Assembly (NCBI GenBank): GCA_002343185.1 | Contig: DDRT01000016.1 | Span: 11,072 to 75,071 of the forward strand | Length of the DNA stretch: 64,000 nt | Direction: 5' to 3' | Source of the DNA: Deltaproteobacteria bacterium UBA2409 | Lineage (GTDB): Bacteria > Bdellovibrionota_C > UBA2361 > DDRT01 | Shown: positions 49,524 through 59,421 of the stretch, piece by piece | Position numbering within the stretch: position 1 is the stretch's first letter | Layout: each line of letters starts with the position of its first letter | Notes under the pieces: model-generated | The model's input: only the letters and a program-made list of their open reading frames with translations | What the model was told of the DNA's origin: nothing | The model's database searches: none | Program-made: the position numbers and the translations under genes

Positions 49524-51147
49524 AAAAGAAAGTGGCTTTGCTCTAATAGTTTTGGTTCCCGTAATTCTTCTTTCAATAATACTTATTTTTGGGGTAGTAA
49601 CTTTTTTTTACTATTCGACAAAAAGAAATGAACTCCAGAAGGCTTTAGATATAAGTCTTTTAAATGCTGCTCAGGTAATATGTTCTTCTAAGGAGTGTTG
49701 GACTAAATCGAGGGAAGTATTACTTGAATCGTTAATAGCAAATGCACATTCCTTAGATCTTAGCTTTATTGATCTAAGCGAGTTAGATGATGATGGATTT
49801 GATCAGACATTCTGGCGTGATGAAAATACTAGAATTTCTCTGGAGCGTATAAGGTGGAAGAACGACGGCACGAAAGAAATTTTAGAGAAAGCTTGGCAGG
49901 AGGTGAATCCAGGTATTCCCACTCATCTTGTAATGTATGGTCTGAAGGTGTCGATTGAAACACGCTTAAACGAGGCTCAGGTTTTCCCATTTGATCTTAC
50001 TATAAGAGCGAAAGCTTCAGTTGCAGCTCGACCTTTAAAAGCTCCATGTGTGGCACCATTTGCGATCAAAGCCTGTGCACTTTTAAATAATACTGGGGAT
50101 CTAGATCTTCCAAATCTCTGTACCTCTGATAAGCGTTTTGGCCCTTCTTCAGGATATTGCAATAATGGAGAGAGATGCGGAAATGTATCAGAATTTGACT
50201 ATGATTTTTTAAATGACAGTGCATTTAACGGGATATATCCTGATACACTTTTCCCACCGTTGACGGTGAAATATGAAGCTCCAGAGGATAAAGCTTGCTT
50301 TTATGCAACACCTAGAAACCAAGATTCAGTTAAGGATCAAAATCTGATCGGACTTCCAGGGGGATCTGTGATCCCAAATGAGGCACTTATCAGCTTTATT
50401 GTTTCAAATAATGATGGTTGTATTCAGGCAGAAATTGGACAGGTTTTTAAACCTGTCCATGATGGTCTAGAGCAGAGCGGAACTGCCGAAGTAATATGGA
50501 ATCAGATCGCTAATCAGTCAGTGGGAGGAGTGACAGATAATTTGCATCGTCCAATTAGAGAGCTAACCGATCGAGATGAATTTAATTTGAACCGAAATCT
50601 GTTTTTTGATGAGAGTCCTTATGATCCGACAGGAGCCTGTCTTTTGAGTGCTAATAGATATCCTAGTTATGGAGTCTATAACTCTTTTAGATCTGGTTTT
50701 GGGTTTTGGCCAGATTTTATCTCAAGATCTAAATTATCCCCAGCAGGAGAAACAATCTGTCCTTGGCAGGATGAGAAATTTAACTCGACATTTTGGAAAG
50801 CTACTGTTCCTGTTGTTGCGGAGCGATATGGAGCCCCCTGTAAGGGCATATTAGGTTCTACAGAAGACCCAATTGTTACTACGTCAACGGAACTTGAAGT
50901 TGTTGGTTTCGCACGTGTGCATATTTACGATGTAGGAACTGGAGCAGCAATATTCCCGACTAATCTTACAGCTGAGGCAATGGAGTGCTCAAAGCTCAAA
51001 GTCGAACGATTTCATCCTAGGCTACCATTTGGATTTAGAGATCAGACTGGAGATTTAGTTTCCTCTGTTCAGGTTAGGGGAAAAATAGCGTGTGATGCAA
51101 AGATTTTTGGTGGTGTGGATCAAGGGCTTCCGCTTTTGATTGAGTAG
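49492..51147 (+). CDS. TadG-like pilus-assembly protein
   Basis: N-terminal hydrophobic pseudopilin-like helix (SGFALIVLVPVILLSIILIF) followed by a ~500-aa extracellular domain. The start may be the Met at 49510. Confidence 0.45.
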   Translation: MRSRPAMLITKKESGFALIVLVPVILLSIILIFGVVTFFYYSTKRNELQKALDISLLNAAQVICSSKECWTKSREVLLESLIANAHSLDLSFIDLSELDDDGFDQTFWRDENTRISLERIRWKNDGTKEILEKAWQEVNPGIPTHLVMYGLKVSIETRLNEAQVFPFDLTIRAKASVAARPLKAPCVAPFAIKACALLNNTGDLDLPNLCTSDKRFGPSSGYCNNGERCGNVSEFDYDFLNDSAFNGIYPDTLFPPLTVKYEAPEDKACFYATPRNQDSVKDQNLIGLPGGSVIPNEALISFIVSNNDGCIQAEIGQVFKPVHDGLEQSGTAEVIWNQIANQSVGGVTDNLHRPIRELTDRDEFNLNRNLFFDESPYDPTGACLLSANRYPSYGVYNSFRSGFGFWPDFISRSKLSPAGETICPWQDEKFNSTFWKATVPVVAERYGAPCKGILGSTEDPIVTTSTELEVVGFARVHIYDVGTGAAIFPTNLTAEAMECSKLKVERFHPRLPFGFRDQTGDLVSSVQVRGKIACDAKIFGGVDQGLPLLIE

Positions 51148-51293
51148 ACTACTAGGTGTAGACAATATCAGGACTTGATACTCAAAAATCAACTGCTTTT
51201 GATATGCTTAAACGGCAATCCTAACATAAATGTTAAATCTTAGCCTTGAAGCAGAGAATACCATTAAGCTGATCATTGGCTTTAAGGATGGTT

Positions 51294-52202
51294 ATGAAAT
51301 ATCTTTTACTTTTGGTTTTAGTATGTAGTGTCTATGCTGATATTGAGGCACTTGAGGCACAGGCAGTAAAACGGAATCTGGTTCTTTGTATGCTTCCTAG
51401 AGATATCTCTGGACAGAAGCAAAGAAGAATTGTTGGTCTAAAGGTTCCTGACAGGTTCTTGAAAAAATCGGGGATTGAAAAATTTAAATGTCCAATTAAA
51501 GGTTCTATAAGAGTTACAACTAAAAACTTCGACCTACTTGGACTGTCTGATGCAGAGCAGAATGCGCTCACTACCATAATTAATAACTATCTTATTACTG
51601 GCTCTCCGGGTGGAATCGGACCTCAAGGACCAAAAGGAGATCGTGGTGAGAGAGGACCGCAGGGAGAGAGAGGAGAAACAGGTGCACGTGGAGAGAAAGG
51701 AGATAGGGGGGAAACTGGCCCAGCAGGTGCAGCAGGGCCACAGGGAGCAACTGGCCCACAGGGGCCGGCAGGACCACAAGGCCCACAGGGAGCCACAGGA
51801 CCACAAGGCCCACAGGGGCCGGCAGGCCCACAGGGAGCCACAGGACCACAAGGCCCACAGGGTATTCAAGGTCCACGTGGTCAAGGTATGAACTTGACGA
51901 CTTGTAGGAGGAGATTATTTCAGGGAACCTATGCCCCGGGTATTGTAGGGTACGAAGGAGGAAACTCAACATGGGCTCAGTGCGTAAGTGGTGAATATCT
52001 GAATAACTATAGTTTTTCAGTTATGTCACAAAATGGACGTGTTGTTCCTGTAGTAACTGATATAGCTATTCATGCTCCGTCTCAAGGAAACTCAAATGCA
52101 TATCCAACTGGAGTTACAGTTAACGGAGAACCTGTTTCGTCCACAAGTCCTAATGCTCAGTGGAAGTATGTAGTAAATGCTTATTGCTGCTCGATTGAGT
52201 AA
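51294..52202 (+). CDS. Secreted collagen-like triple-helix repeat protein with a C-terminal globular domain
   Basis: AAGGA RBS 5 nt before the ATG at 51294. Signal peptide [15 protein letters not shown]. About 31 uninterrupted G-X-Y triplets ([22 protein letters not shown]...). C-terminal ~100-aa domain ending CCSIE. Confidence 0.75.
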   Translation: MKYLLLLVLVCSVYADIEALEAQAVKRNLVLCMLPRDISGQKQRRIVGLKVPDRFLKKSGIEKFKCPIKGSIRVTTKNFDLLGLSDAEQNALTTIINNYLITGSPGGIGPQGPKGDRGERGPQGERGETGARGEKGDRGETGPAGAAGPQGATGPQGPAGPQGPQGATGPQGPQGPAGPQGATGPQGPQGIQGPRGQGMNLTTCRRRLFQGTYAPGIVGYEGGNSTWAQCVSGEYLNNYSFSVMSQNGRVVPVVTDIAIHAPSQGNSNAYPTGVTVNGEPVSSTSPNAQWKYVVNAYCCSIE

Positions 52203-53806
52203 TGAGAATTGAGCAATTTGGATCAGATCAGTTTAGATCCTTAGCAAAGGGTCAAGCTGATCTACTCCCTTCATTCATAGAGTTTGTATCATATTTGGCG
52301 TCTGCCCCACTAGAAGGAAGGAAAAGTTCCGAACACTGGAAACCGGCTGTAGATTTATTGAAAAGATTATTGCAAGAGTCTTCACTTAGTCCTGAGGAAC
52401 TTCTTCAAATTGCTCAAGCTTCGAAGCAAATTATTTCAGGATATAAATTTAGGCCTCTTAGGTCTCTAGCATTTAAAATTTATGGGGGACTTAAAACTGC
52501 TTCCAAGGATAATTTACCTGTGTATCTCGAGGCGTTCGCTGAGCTTTTAGCCCAAGGAACCTCTATGGATGAAGAGCTATTCAATCGAATAAAGAAAGCC
52601 ATAGATAATGATTTGGACTGCTTTAAGATCTTAAGAGCTTATGACCAGTGTCTTAGAATAATTCAAGTACGATATGAGCCATCGAACAAAGATCAAGATC
52701 TTATCTTATTTTGTTTTGAGAGAATCGAGAACTCTTCAGATGTAAATCTAGAGGATTCTTTAAATGGAATAAAATGCGCTGCTACGATCTACTCTAGAAA
52801 ATTTCTAGAAGAACGGGAGAATAAATTCGTTTTAAGTTTACTAAAATTGATACAAAAAGAGCATCTTGAGTCTATAGATGATTTTATCAAATTTTTAGAA
52901 GGAACATCGAAATTCAATCTCAACATATTACTAAGGGAGCTGGAAAATGGATTTGAGTGGTTTAAAAGTACTTTAGAGAATGGAGTTAAATTATTAAAAG
53001 AAAGCAACAGTATCTCCCTCCAGGATGTATCAATACTTTTTAAATCATTTAAGAGGTTCCAAGAGCAAAGACTATTTCATCCTGATAGAGATTTAATTCT
53101 AAGACTTGAGGATCACCTACTATCTCATAGCCCACCATCAGCTCTTCATATTGAATCTCTTTATGCCTGCTCAGTTATAGGATTAGGTGGTGAGAGACTG
53201 GCAGAAATGATAACCGCCCGGAATGATTGGAGCTTTTTAAAAAGGTTAATTACAGTTGCTGAAGGCGCTCAAGCTTTATATCACTTTGGTTATACAGAGC
53301 AAGCTAAGGCATTCTGCGAACTTGCAGATACATTTTCTATAGAGTGTTTTACTTCACATAATGATCACTCAAGCATGATGCTCGGAAGAGTCGCCTCGGC
53401 ATTGAATTATCAGTTTGGTGAAGAAAAAACGAATTATCTGGAAATAATGATATGGCGGGAAAGATCAAAATTATTGAGACAAATCTCTTCGACTGAAAGT
53501 GAGGTCCTTAGATGTTTTATTAAACTCGGTCTGCCTCATAATTGCGAGGTTATAGTAGGAATGTTCTTCTTTGATTTTGAAGTCATTTTCGAAGGGAAAA
53601 AAATATTGATAGAAATAGGAAGTAAGGATCTTCATTATCCAAGAGGTGATAAGCGACTTGGAAGAGTTACCTCGGATAGGATGAAGATGGATTTAGCTAA
53701 TAGATTAGGATTGAGAGTTTTGGAGATAGATTCAGAGGAATTTATCAAAACTGACCCAGAGTCTAGAACGGAGTACTTAGAATGGCGACTAAGAGATATT
53801 GATTAA
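52202..53806 (+). CDS. Helical-repeat protein with a C-terminal RAP/Vsr(DUF559)-like PD-(D/E)XK-fold domain
   Basis: C-terminal FDFEVIFEGKKILIEIGSKDLHYPRGDKRLGRVTSDRMKMDLANRLGLRVLEIDSEEF...EYLEWRL matches the RAP/DUF559 pattern (D..h...IE.dG..H....G.t..K.r.L...G..V..I...E...L...E...YL). TAATG overlap with the collagen-like gene. Confidence 0.5.
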   Translation: MRIEQFGSDQFRSLAKGQADLLPSFIEFVSYLASAPLEGRKSSEHWKPAVDLLKRLLQESSLSPEELLQIAQASKQIISGYKFRPLRSLAFKIYGGLKTASKDNLPVYLEAFAELLAQGTSMDEELFNRIKKAIDNDLDCFKILRAYDQCLRIIQVRYEPSNKDQDLILFCFERIENSSDVNLEDSLNGIKCAATIYSRKFLEERENKFVLSLLKLIQKEHLESIDDFIKFLEGTSKFNLNILLRELENGFEWFKSTLENGVKLLKESNSISLQDVSILFKSFKRFQEQRLFHPDRDLILRLEDHLLSHSPPSALHIESLYACSVIGLGGERLAEMITARNDWSFLKRLITVAEGAQALYHFGYTEQAKAFCELADTFSIECFTSHNDHSSMMLGRVASALNYQFGEEKTNYLEIMIWRERSKLLRQISSTESEVLRCFIKLGLPHNCEVIVGMFFFDFEVIFEGKKILIEIGSKDLHYPRGDKRLGRVTSDRMKMDLANRLGLRVLEIDSEEFIKTDPESRTEYLEWRLRDID

Positions 53807-54496
53807 TTTTGACCTAAAACTTACTGAAATGGAATCTTCGGTATCGCTCGGATTGATAATTACAAGATTGTTCTCGAAGATAAACGCTATATTTTTTGCA
53901 GACTTCTTAGACTTAGCCAATGACTGAGATAAAAGTAGGCTTAAATCAGTTTTTGATGACAAAAAAACCCTATAGTCGCAAAGTGGATGCCCGGCTGCTG
54001 TTTCAAGATCCAGCAGAAGTTTGTCAGCCGAGCTGTTTGGATCTACCTTTAAATTTATGGTTTTGCCCCTAACAATTAATCTGATAACTGCACTATTTTT
54101 TTGATTATAACAAAATTGGATTGAGCGGGATATTCCTTCAATTAGTAAAGTTCTCTCTGAAATAAGATCAGAATCCAGCCCTACTAAATATGTTCCGATA
54201 ACCCTCTCTGATGTTGTATATACAGCTTCTAATTTATGTGCTTTAAGAATCCTGCCAGCTGTTTTTACAGCAAGATACTTCTCCTGAATACTCTCGACTA
54301 AATCAGATCGACCTAATGCTTTTAGAATAGAAATTGCTTCATTAGCTCTCTCAAGGTCACCTGTTGAAAGGGTTTCCCTTTTGATTAGATACGCTAACCT
54401 CTCAAGATATACAGACTTCGGGCAGTTTTTTGCCACCTCGATAAGTTCCTCGACCGTTGAATAATCCGTTAATGAAAGTGATCCCTTCATGATCAT
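53789..54496 (-). CDS. Hypothetical protein, paralog of 54630..55364
   Basis: Shares domain order and motifs with the divergent neighbour (…LGRSDLVESIQEKYLAVKTAGRILKAHKLE… vs …AGREDLLHQLQGKFKAVKSLEILLKEDELV…). The C-terminal region may be a beta-grasp-like fold. Confidence 0.45.
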   Translation of the reverse strand: MIMKGSLSLTDYSTVEELIEVAKNCPKSVYLERLAYLIKRETLSTGDLERANEAISILKALGRSDLVESIQEKYLAVKTAGRILKAHKLEAVYTTSERVIGTYLVGLDSDLISERTLLIEGISRSIQFCYNQKNSAVIRLIVRGKTINLKVDPNSSADKLLLDLETAAGHPLCDYRVFLSSKTDLSLLLSQSLAKSKKSAKNIAFIFENNLVIINPSDTEDSISVSFRSKLINIS

Positions 54497-54629
54497 AAGA
54501 TCTTAACCCATAATTTATATGATCCATTTAACATCGGTAAATCACAATAATGTTAACCACAATTGTAACCAGAATGTTATGAGACTTTATCAAAATTTTC
54601 GCCATCTCCTCTAGGAGAGAGAGGTTTTT

Positions 54630-55364
54630 ATGAGTGCAAAACTAGGTTTATCAGAAATGGTTGATCCCCGTACATCTTTATTCGAATTATTAAAAGTCTA
54701 CAACCAGATAAAATCAAACGGCGAAGATTCAATTCGTAGAAAGCTTTTAGAAAGCATGGGTATCATTCTTCGGAGGGACATATTATCAAGAAGGGAATTC
54801 GATTTAGTTGAGTATTTTGAAGAGCTGTTCAAAAGAGCAGGACGAGAGGATCTTCTGCATCAGCTACAGGGGAAATTTAAAGCTGTAAAAAGCCTTGAGA
54901 TTCTTCTAAAAGAAGATGAGCTTGTTCTACGAAGAGCATCTTCAATGTGTGAGCATCAGATTGGAGAGATAGGGGAGAAGTCTATTTTTATATCCGAGAA
55001 AACATTAATTAAAGAAAAGCTGAGAAAATCCATAATTTACTCGAAATCAAATCAGGCTAATATAATAGTTAATATTGCTGTAAGCTCTGATGTAGTTCAG
55101 GTTCGAATACACCCTGGTGATTCAGTGCCCGCATTGATTAGGCAGATCGAGACTAGAAATAAACTTTCATCATTAAGAGTTACCGTCCCTATGGGTTATA
55201 GAATTGGATACATGCTTGAAGATATAAAACTATTTGCAATAGGAGCATCAGTTCAGGTTGCGGTAATAGTTGATGATAGCCTTATCTTTGTTGATCCGGA
55301 CTCAGATACTAAAGAGATTGCAGACAAATTCGAAAAAAGGGAGAGAGTTAGGCTTTCTCCATAA
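54630..55364 (+). CDS. Hypothetical protein, paralog of 53789..54496
   Basis: See the paralog entry. Transcribed divergently from a shared 133-bp intergenic region. Confidence 0.45.
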   Translation: MSAKLGLSEMVDPRTSLFELLKVYNQIKSNGEDSIRRKLLESMGIILRRDILSRREFDLVEYFEELFKRAGREDLLHQLQGKFKAVKSLEILLKEDELVLRRASSMCEHQIGEIGEKSIFISEKTLIKEKLRKSIIYSKSNQANIIVNIAVSSDVVQVRIHPGDSVPALIRQIETRNKLSSLRVTVPMGYRIGYMLEDIKLFAIGASVQVAVIVDDSLIFVDPDSDTKEIADKFEKRERVRLSP

Positions 55365-56304
55365 TCACAGTTCTAGTTGGATATGCAAAAGAAATACCTT
55401 CAAGCTCAAATTTTTCAGCTATTGCAATATTTATTCTTTCTTGAGCATCAAGGTACTCTTTAAAATCTTGTGAGAGGACATAGTAGGTCACTTCGAATAT
55501 TAAAGCTGAATCACCAAACGATACAAAGTTTACCCTTTCAGTTCTTGTTTCAGGGTCATCATCTACGATCTTTCTCAACCATCCAGAGATTAACTTTACT
55601 TTCTCAAGGGGGGTTTCGTATCTTACGCCAATTCTAAATGTGATCCGTCTTTCATTCATTCTTTTTAAGTTTTGAATGACCGATTTTAGAATTTCAGTAT
55701 TCGACATTATAACTTCTTCCCCGCCTAGCTCTCGGATTCTTGTCGTTTTAATCCCGATTTTTTCAACAACCCCAGTAAGGGTGCCAATCCGGATTGTTTC
55801 TCCAACAACAAAAGGTCTATCGAGAATTATTGATAAAGAAGCAAGAAGATCTCCAAGTACGTTCTGTACAGCTAGCGCTATCGCGATACCTCCGATACCT
55901 AGCCCGGCTATAAGAGCAGTAACATCTACTTTTGCATTCTCAAGAATTAAAAGAGCTACAACAGCCCATATTAAAACCTTTACAGCAAGCACCATCAGAG
56001 AGTGTGCTGATCTATGAGTTGGGTCTTTGTTTAAGTGTGTATCAAGAAAAGTAACAGCAAGATGACTTGCCCAAAGCCCACCCTGAACGAAGGTAACAAA
56101 AAAGAAAGCTTTTAAAAGATATGGGTAAAGTGAAGTCTCAAGGCTTCCAATCAGAAGTGACAAAGCCCCAAGCCAGATTAAGGAGGTGCTTCTAATGAAG
56201 CCAGAAAGTACTTGAATTCGGCTTAGAATCTTTAAGAAAAAAAACAACCCTAAAAAAACCCCTAGCGTAATCCCTATACTTTTACCCCAAAGTTCATAAT
56301 CCAC
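55348..56304 (-). CDS. Small-conductance mechanosensitive channel (MscS family)
   Basis: Three TM helices followed by the MscS beta-domain region (GETIRIGTLTGVVEKIGIKTTRIR). Confidence 0.8.
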   Translation of the reverse strand: MDYELWGKSIGITLGVFLGLFFFLKILSRIQVLSGFIRSTSLIWLGALSLLIGSLETSLYPYLLKAFFFVTFVQGGLWASHLAVTFLDTHLNKDPTHRSAHSLMVLAVKVLIWAVVALLILENAKVDVTALIAGLGIGGIAIALAVQNVLGDLLASLSIILDRPFVVGETIRIGTLTGVVEKIGIKTTRIRELGGEEVIMSNTEILKSVIQNLKRMNERRITFRIGVRYETPLEKVKLISGWLRKIVDDDPETRTERVNFVSFGDSALIFEVTYYVLSQDFKEYLDAQERINIAIAEKFELEGISFAYPTRTVIMEKA

Positions 56305-56344
56305 AGCGTTTGGTTAACCTCCAAAGATAAGGTAATATACCAGT

Positions 56345-56968
56345 ATGACAGATTTAGCTCCATCTTTGCCCTTTGTAAAAGCAATCGGGGATTTTATAAA
56401 CAACTCCTTTACTGGGAGAAATAACATCAGAGAAGCCTTTCTACTTGAATGGGGGTTAAAAAGTCTTGTAAGTGCCACTGAAAGTGATCCAGCTGATCCA
56501 AGACTTAGAGCTCAACGTTTGATGGAAGCTAGTGCCTCCCTAAAAGAAACGGCCAAGCTACTAGCAAAAGAGCTTGGTTTGTCACATTCTATGACAATGA
56601 GCTTGATTAAAAGTGGCGATATACTTAGAGAATCTCGCTGGCAGGGCACTGTTCAAGAATATATCCGTAAGTCATTTGCCAAAGAAGTGAGCACATTCAA
56701 TGGTCGCTCTGAAAGAGGGGAAGCTTTTATTTCAGTTTGTACTGCTTTGGTGTCGTTAGAGGCAAATAAACCCCTAGATGTTGTTATGGATCATGTTGCT
56801 CAAGCTCACTTTGCGTTATCTCCTGATAAAAAAGGAAGAGAGTATGATTTTGGTAGAGTCTCTGGATCTATGCTAAACGAAGTCAAAGGTTTGCAGTCAA
56901 AAGCTACGATGAGAGAGATTAAAGCTCAGGAACAACGAGATCTTGAGGATAGCCTCGCTACTCGCTAA
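56345..56968 (+). CDS. Hypothetical protein
   Basis: 207-aa soluble ORF with no recognised motifs. Confidence 0.4.
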   Translation: MTDLAPSLPFVKAIGDFINNSFTGRNNIREAFLLEWGLKSLVSATESDPADPRLRAQRLMEASASLKETAKLLAKELGLSHSMTMSLIKSGDILRESRWQGTVQEYIRKSFAKEVSTFNGRSERGEAFISVCTALVSLEANKPLDVVMDHVAQAHFALSPDKKGREYDFGRVSGSMLNEVKGLQSKATMREIKAQEQRDLEDSLATR

Positions 56969-56970
56969 CC

Positions 56971-57972
56971 CTACCTTGCACTATATATCTGAGTGCTAAA
57001 AGAAGCCCCTGCAAGCTGCCCGTCTTTTATTAATGATTCATCAAGCAGTGCTAAACTAAAAGGTATCGATTCACCTGCAGCTAGAGTGAATTTTTTCAGG
57101 GTACTCCTTCCTTGAAGAGTCTTAATCATATCCCTAGAAAGTGATTTTACCTTTGTTTCACTTAAGGGGGATGCGGCAGAGATCTCGGTTTCAGCAAGAA
57201 TCGCCCCTTTCTTATCGAAAAGGAAACCTCGAATAATAATTTCACTAAGAGGGGTTTTGCCGTGATTGACCAAAGTTCCAGAGATAATTGGAACTTGTTC
57301 CCCGTTATCAAGGTCAGTCAGCTCTAGTTTTGCCTTTGTGATCACAAGCTCAGGAGGTGCAGGCATCGGGGTGTTGTCGCTTGTAATTGAATCTGCAATT
57401 GATGGTGAGCTAACGATGATGTAGCTAAAAACAGCGAGGAGTCCGATAAAGAAAATCATAATTCCGGCCATTACGCCGCAGCTCTGCCACTCATTAAGAG
57501 GGGGTTTTCTTTTTGGTGCTTCAGAAAGTGCAACCTGAGTAAACGATCTCTTCTCGGCTTTTTCATGTTGAATTTTTGGTTTTGAAATAGCTTCTTCGAT
57601 AGGCAATATATCGCAAAGCCCCTTATATGTTGGCTCACTTGGATAGTCACCAAATAAAAACTCTATCTGAGCCGGTTCGGTAACACTTTTTTCTATTGAA
57701 GATCTTAATGATCTTGGTTCTTCAAACTTTTCAATTGGAGGAGATGGAACGAATGAAGGATCGGTTTTTTTTGGAATTCTTAATGAAGGCTTTTCTCCCG
57801 AGAAGGTGTGATCGCATTTTGAGCAATGAAACTGAGGATCTGAAATTCCGAAAAGTTTTTCCTGCTCAAGTGAAAACTTAGTCTGACAACTTGGGCACTG
57901 AACAATAACCGTTTGAGCAGTTCTCTCTGGGGTAGGTAGCGGTTGTAGTTCTTCAGCGTAATTTAGCTTCAC
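56971..57972 (-). CDS. MJ0042-type zinc-ribbon / DUF3426-like membrane protein
   Basis: N-terminal CPSCQTKF...FHCSKCDHTF zinc ribbon, a central TM helix and a C-terminal beta-rich domain. Confidence 0.55.
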   Translation of the reverse strand: MKLNYAEELQPLPTPERTAQTVIVQCPSCQTKFSLEQEKLFGISDPQFHCSKCDHTFSGEKPSLRIPKKTDPSFVPSPPIEKFEEPRSLRSSIEKSVTEPAQIEFLFGDYPSEPTYKGLCDILPIEEAISKPKIQHEKAEKRSFTQVALSEAPKRKPPLNEWQSCGVMAGIMIFFIGLLAVFSYIIVSSPSIADSITSDNTPMPAPPELVITKAKLELTDLDNGEQVPIISGTLVNHGKTPLSEIIIRGFLFDKKGAILAETEISAASPLSETKVKSLSRDMIKTLQGRSTLKKFTLAAGESIPFSLALLDESLIKDGQLAGASFSTQIYSAR

Positions 57973-58137
57973 AAGTTTTCAGAAATAAAACAGAAGTTTA
58001 AAAGCCTAACCTCCTGTATTTGTTTAATTGTATAGAACTTTTTAGCTCCAGGCTACCCCAAAATTTTGAAGCAATGAAACTTTCATACTAGCCATTCTAG
58101 TGAGACTTAACGTAGCTTAACCGGATGAGGTTTTTTT

Positions 58138-59421
58138 ATGTCAGAAGATTCACTATTTGCAGAAGCAGAAAAGCAGTTAGATAAGGCTCTAGCGATATAT
58201 AAAGTCGATCCTGAAACAGAGCTAAGGCTTAAAATCCCCCAGCTTTCAGTTCAGGTGGGCATCCCTGTAAGGATGGACGATGGAAGCCTTCAAATTTTTA
58301 AGGGCTACCGTGTCAGATACAACACCCTCCTTGGGCCAAGTAAAGGAGGCATTAGGTATCATCATACAGTTACATTTGATGAGGTAAAATCATTAGCCTT
58401 TTGGATGACCTTCAAGTGCGCCGTAGTTGGGCTTCCTTACGGAGGTGGTAAGGGTGGTGTAACAGTCGATCCCCGCGCTCTCTCTCAGATGGAGCTTGAA
58501 AGACTTTCAAGAGGATACATAGCTCAGATTGCTAACTTTATTGGACCAGATTTAGACATTCCTGCTCCGGATGTTTACACCAATAGTACCATCATGGGCT
58601 GGATGGTGGACGAGTTTAGTAAGATTAAGCGTGATTGGACGCCAGGAGTTATTACCGGAAAACCTATCTCTTTAGGAGGCTCTCTTGGTAGAGATGATGC
58701 AACTGGAAGAGGTGGCTTTTATGTTTTTGAGATTCTAAGAGAAAAGCTTGGTCTCGCACAGTCTAAGATTGCAATTCAGGGTTTTGGAAATGCTGGAACC
58801 CATTTTGGAAAATTGGCTCAAAGTGTTGGTCACAAAATAGTGGCTGTTTCAGATTCAAAGAGTGCAATCTATTGTGAGCAGGGTATAGATGTAGCAAGTG
58901 TTGAAAGATTTAAAAAAGAAACAGGAAAACTAAAAGCTGTTGTATATAAGGGTGATGTTGCATCCGAAGTTTCTCATCAAGAGATCACTCATGAAGAACT
59001 TTTAGCACTTCAGGTTGATTGCTTAGCTCCTGCTGCACTTGAAAAAGCTATTACTGGACAGAATGCTGCTAGTATTAAGGCAAAGGTGATTCTTGAGCTA
59101 GCAAACGGACCAGTTACCCCTGAAGCCGACGGAATCTTAGAAAAGAAAGGGGTAGTAGTTCTGCCAGATATTCTGGCCAATGCTGGTGGAGTAACTGTTA
59201 GTTACTTTGAATGGGTGCAAAACAAAGAGGGTTACTACTGGGAACTTGAGGATGTTCATACAAAACTAAAAGCAAAAATGGAGAAAGCAGCGTTAGAGAT
59301 CTACAACATTCATAAAGATAGTAGTTGCTCAATGAGAACTGCTGCCTACGTTGCCGCTCTAAAACGACTCGATGCAGCATCCCAGGCAAGAGGAACAGCT
59401 GCCTTATTTAGAAGAATATGA
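58138..59421 (+). CDS. gdhA: NAD(P)-dependent Glu/Leu/Phe/Val-family dehydrogenase
   Basis: Catalytic Lys region GGGKGG, the GFGNAG dinucleotide-binding motif and ELDH_GLFV-type overall architecture at 427 aa. The sequence fits a glutamate dehydrogenase, but the substrate is not established. Confidence 0.85.
   Translation: MSEDSLFAEAEKQLDKALAIYKVDPETELRLKIPQLSVQVGIPVRMDDGSLQIFKGYRVRYNTLLGPSKGGIRYHHTVTFDEVKSLAFWMTFKCAVVGLPYGGGKGGVTVDPRALSQMELERLSRGYIAQIANFIGPDLDIPAPDVYTNSTIMGWMVDEFSKIKRDWTPGVITGKPISLGGSLGRDDATGRGGFYVFEILREKLGLAQSKIAIQGFGNAGTHFGKLAQSVGHKIVAVSDSKSAIYCEQGIDVASVERFKKETGKLKAVVYKGDVASEVSHQEITHEELLALQVDCLAPAALEKAITGQNAASIKAKVILELANGPVTPEADGILEKKGVVVLPDILANAGGVTVSYFEWVQNKEGYYWELEDVHTKLKAKMEKAALEIYNIHKDSSCSMRTAAYVAALKRLDAASQARGTAALFRRI

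Noticed and set aside
51332-51972. Several ORFs (51332..51577 -, 51534..51884 -, 51595..51972 -, 51610..51891 +, 51623..51841 -) overlapping the collagen-like gene
   Set aside because: These are frame artefacts of the 9-bp GXY-encoding tandem repeat. Their translations are low-complexity (PAGP/WAL repeats), and only the + frame with a signal peptide and G-X-Y is coherent.
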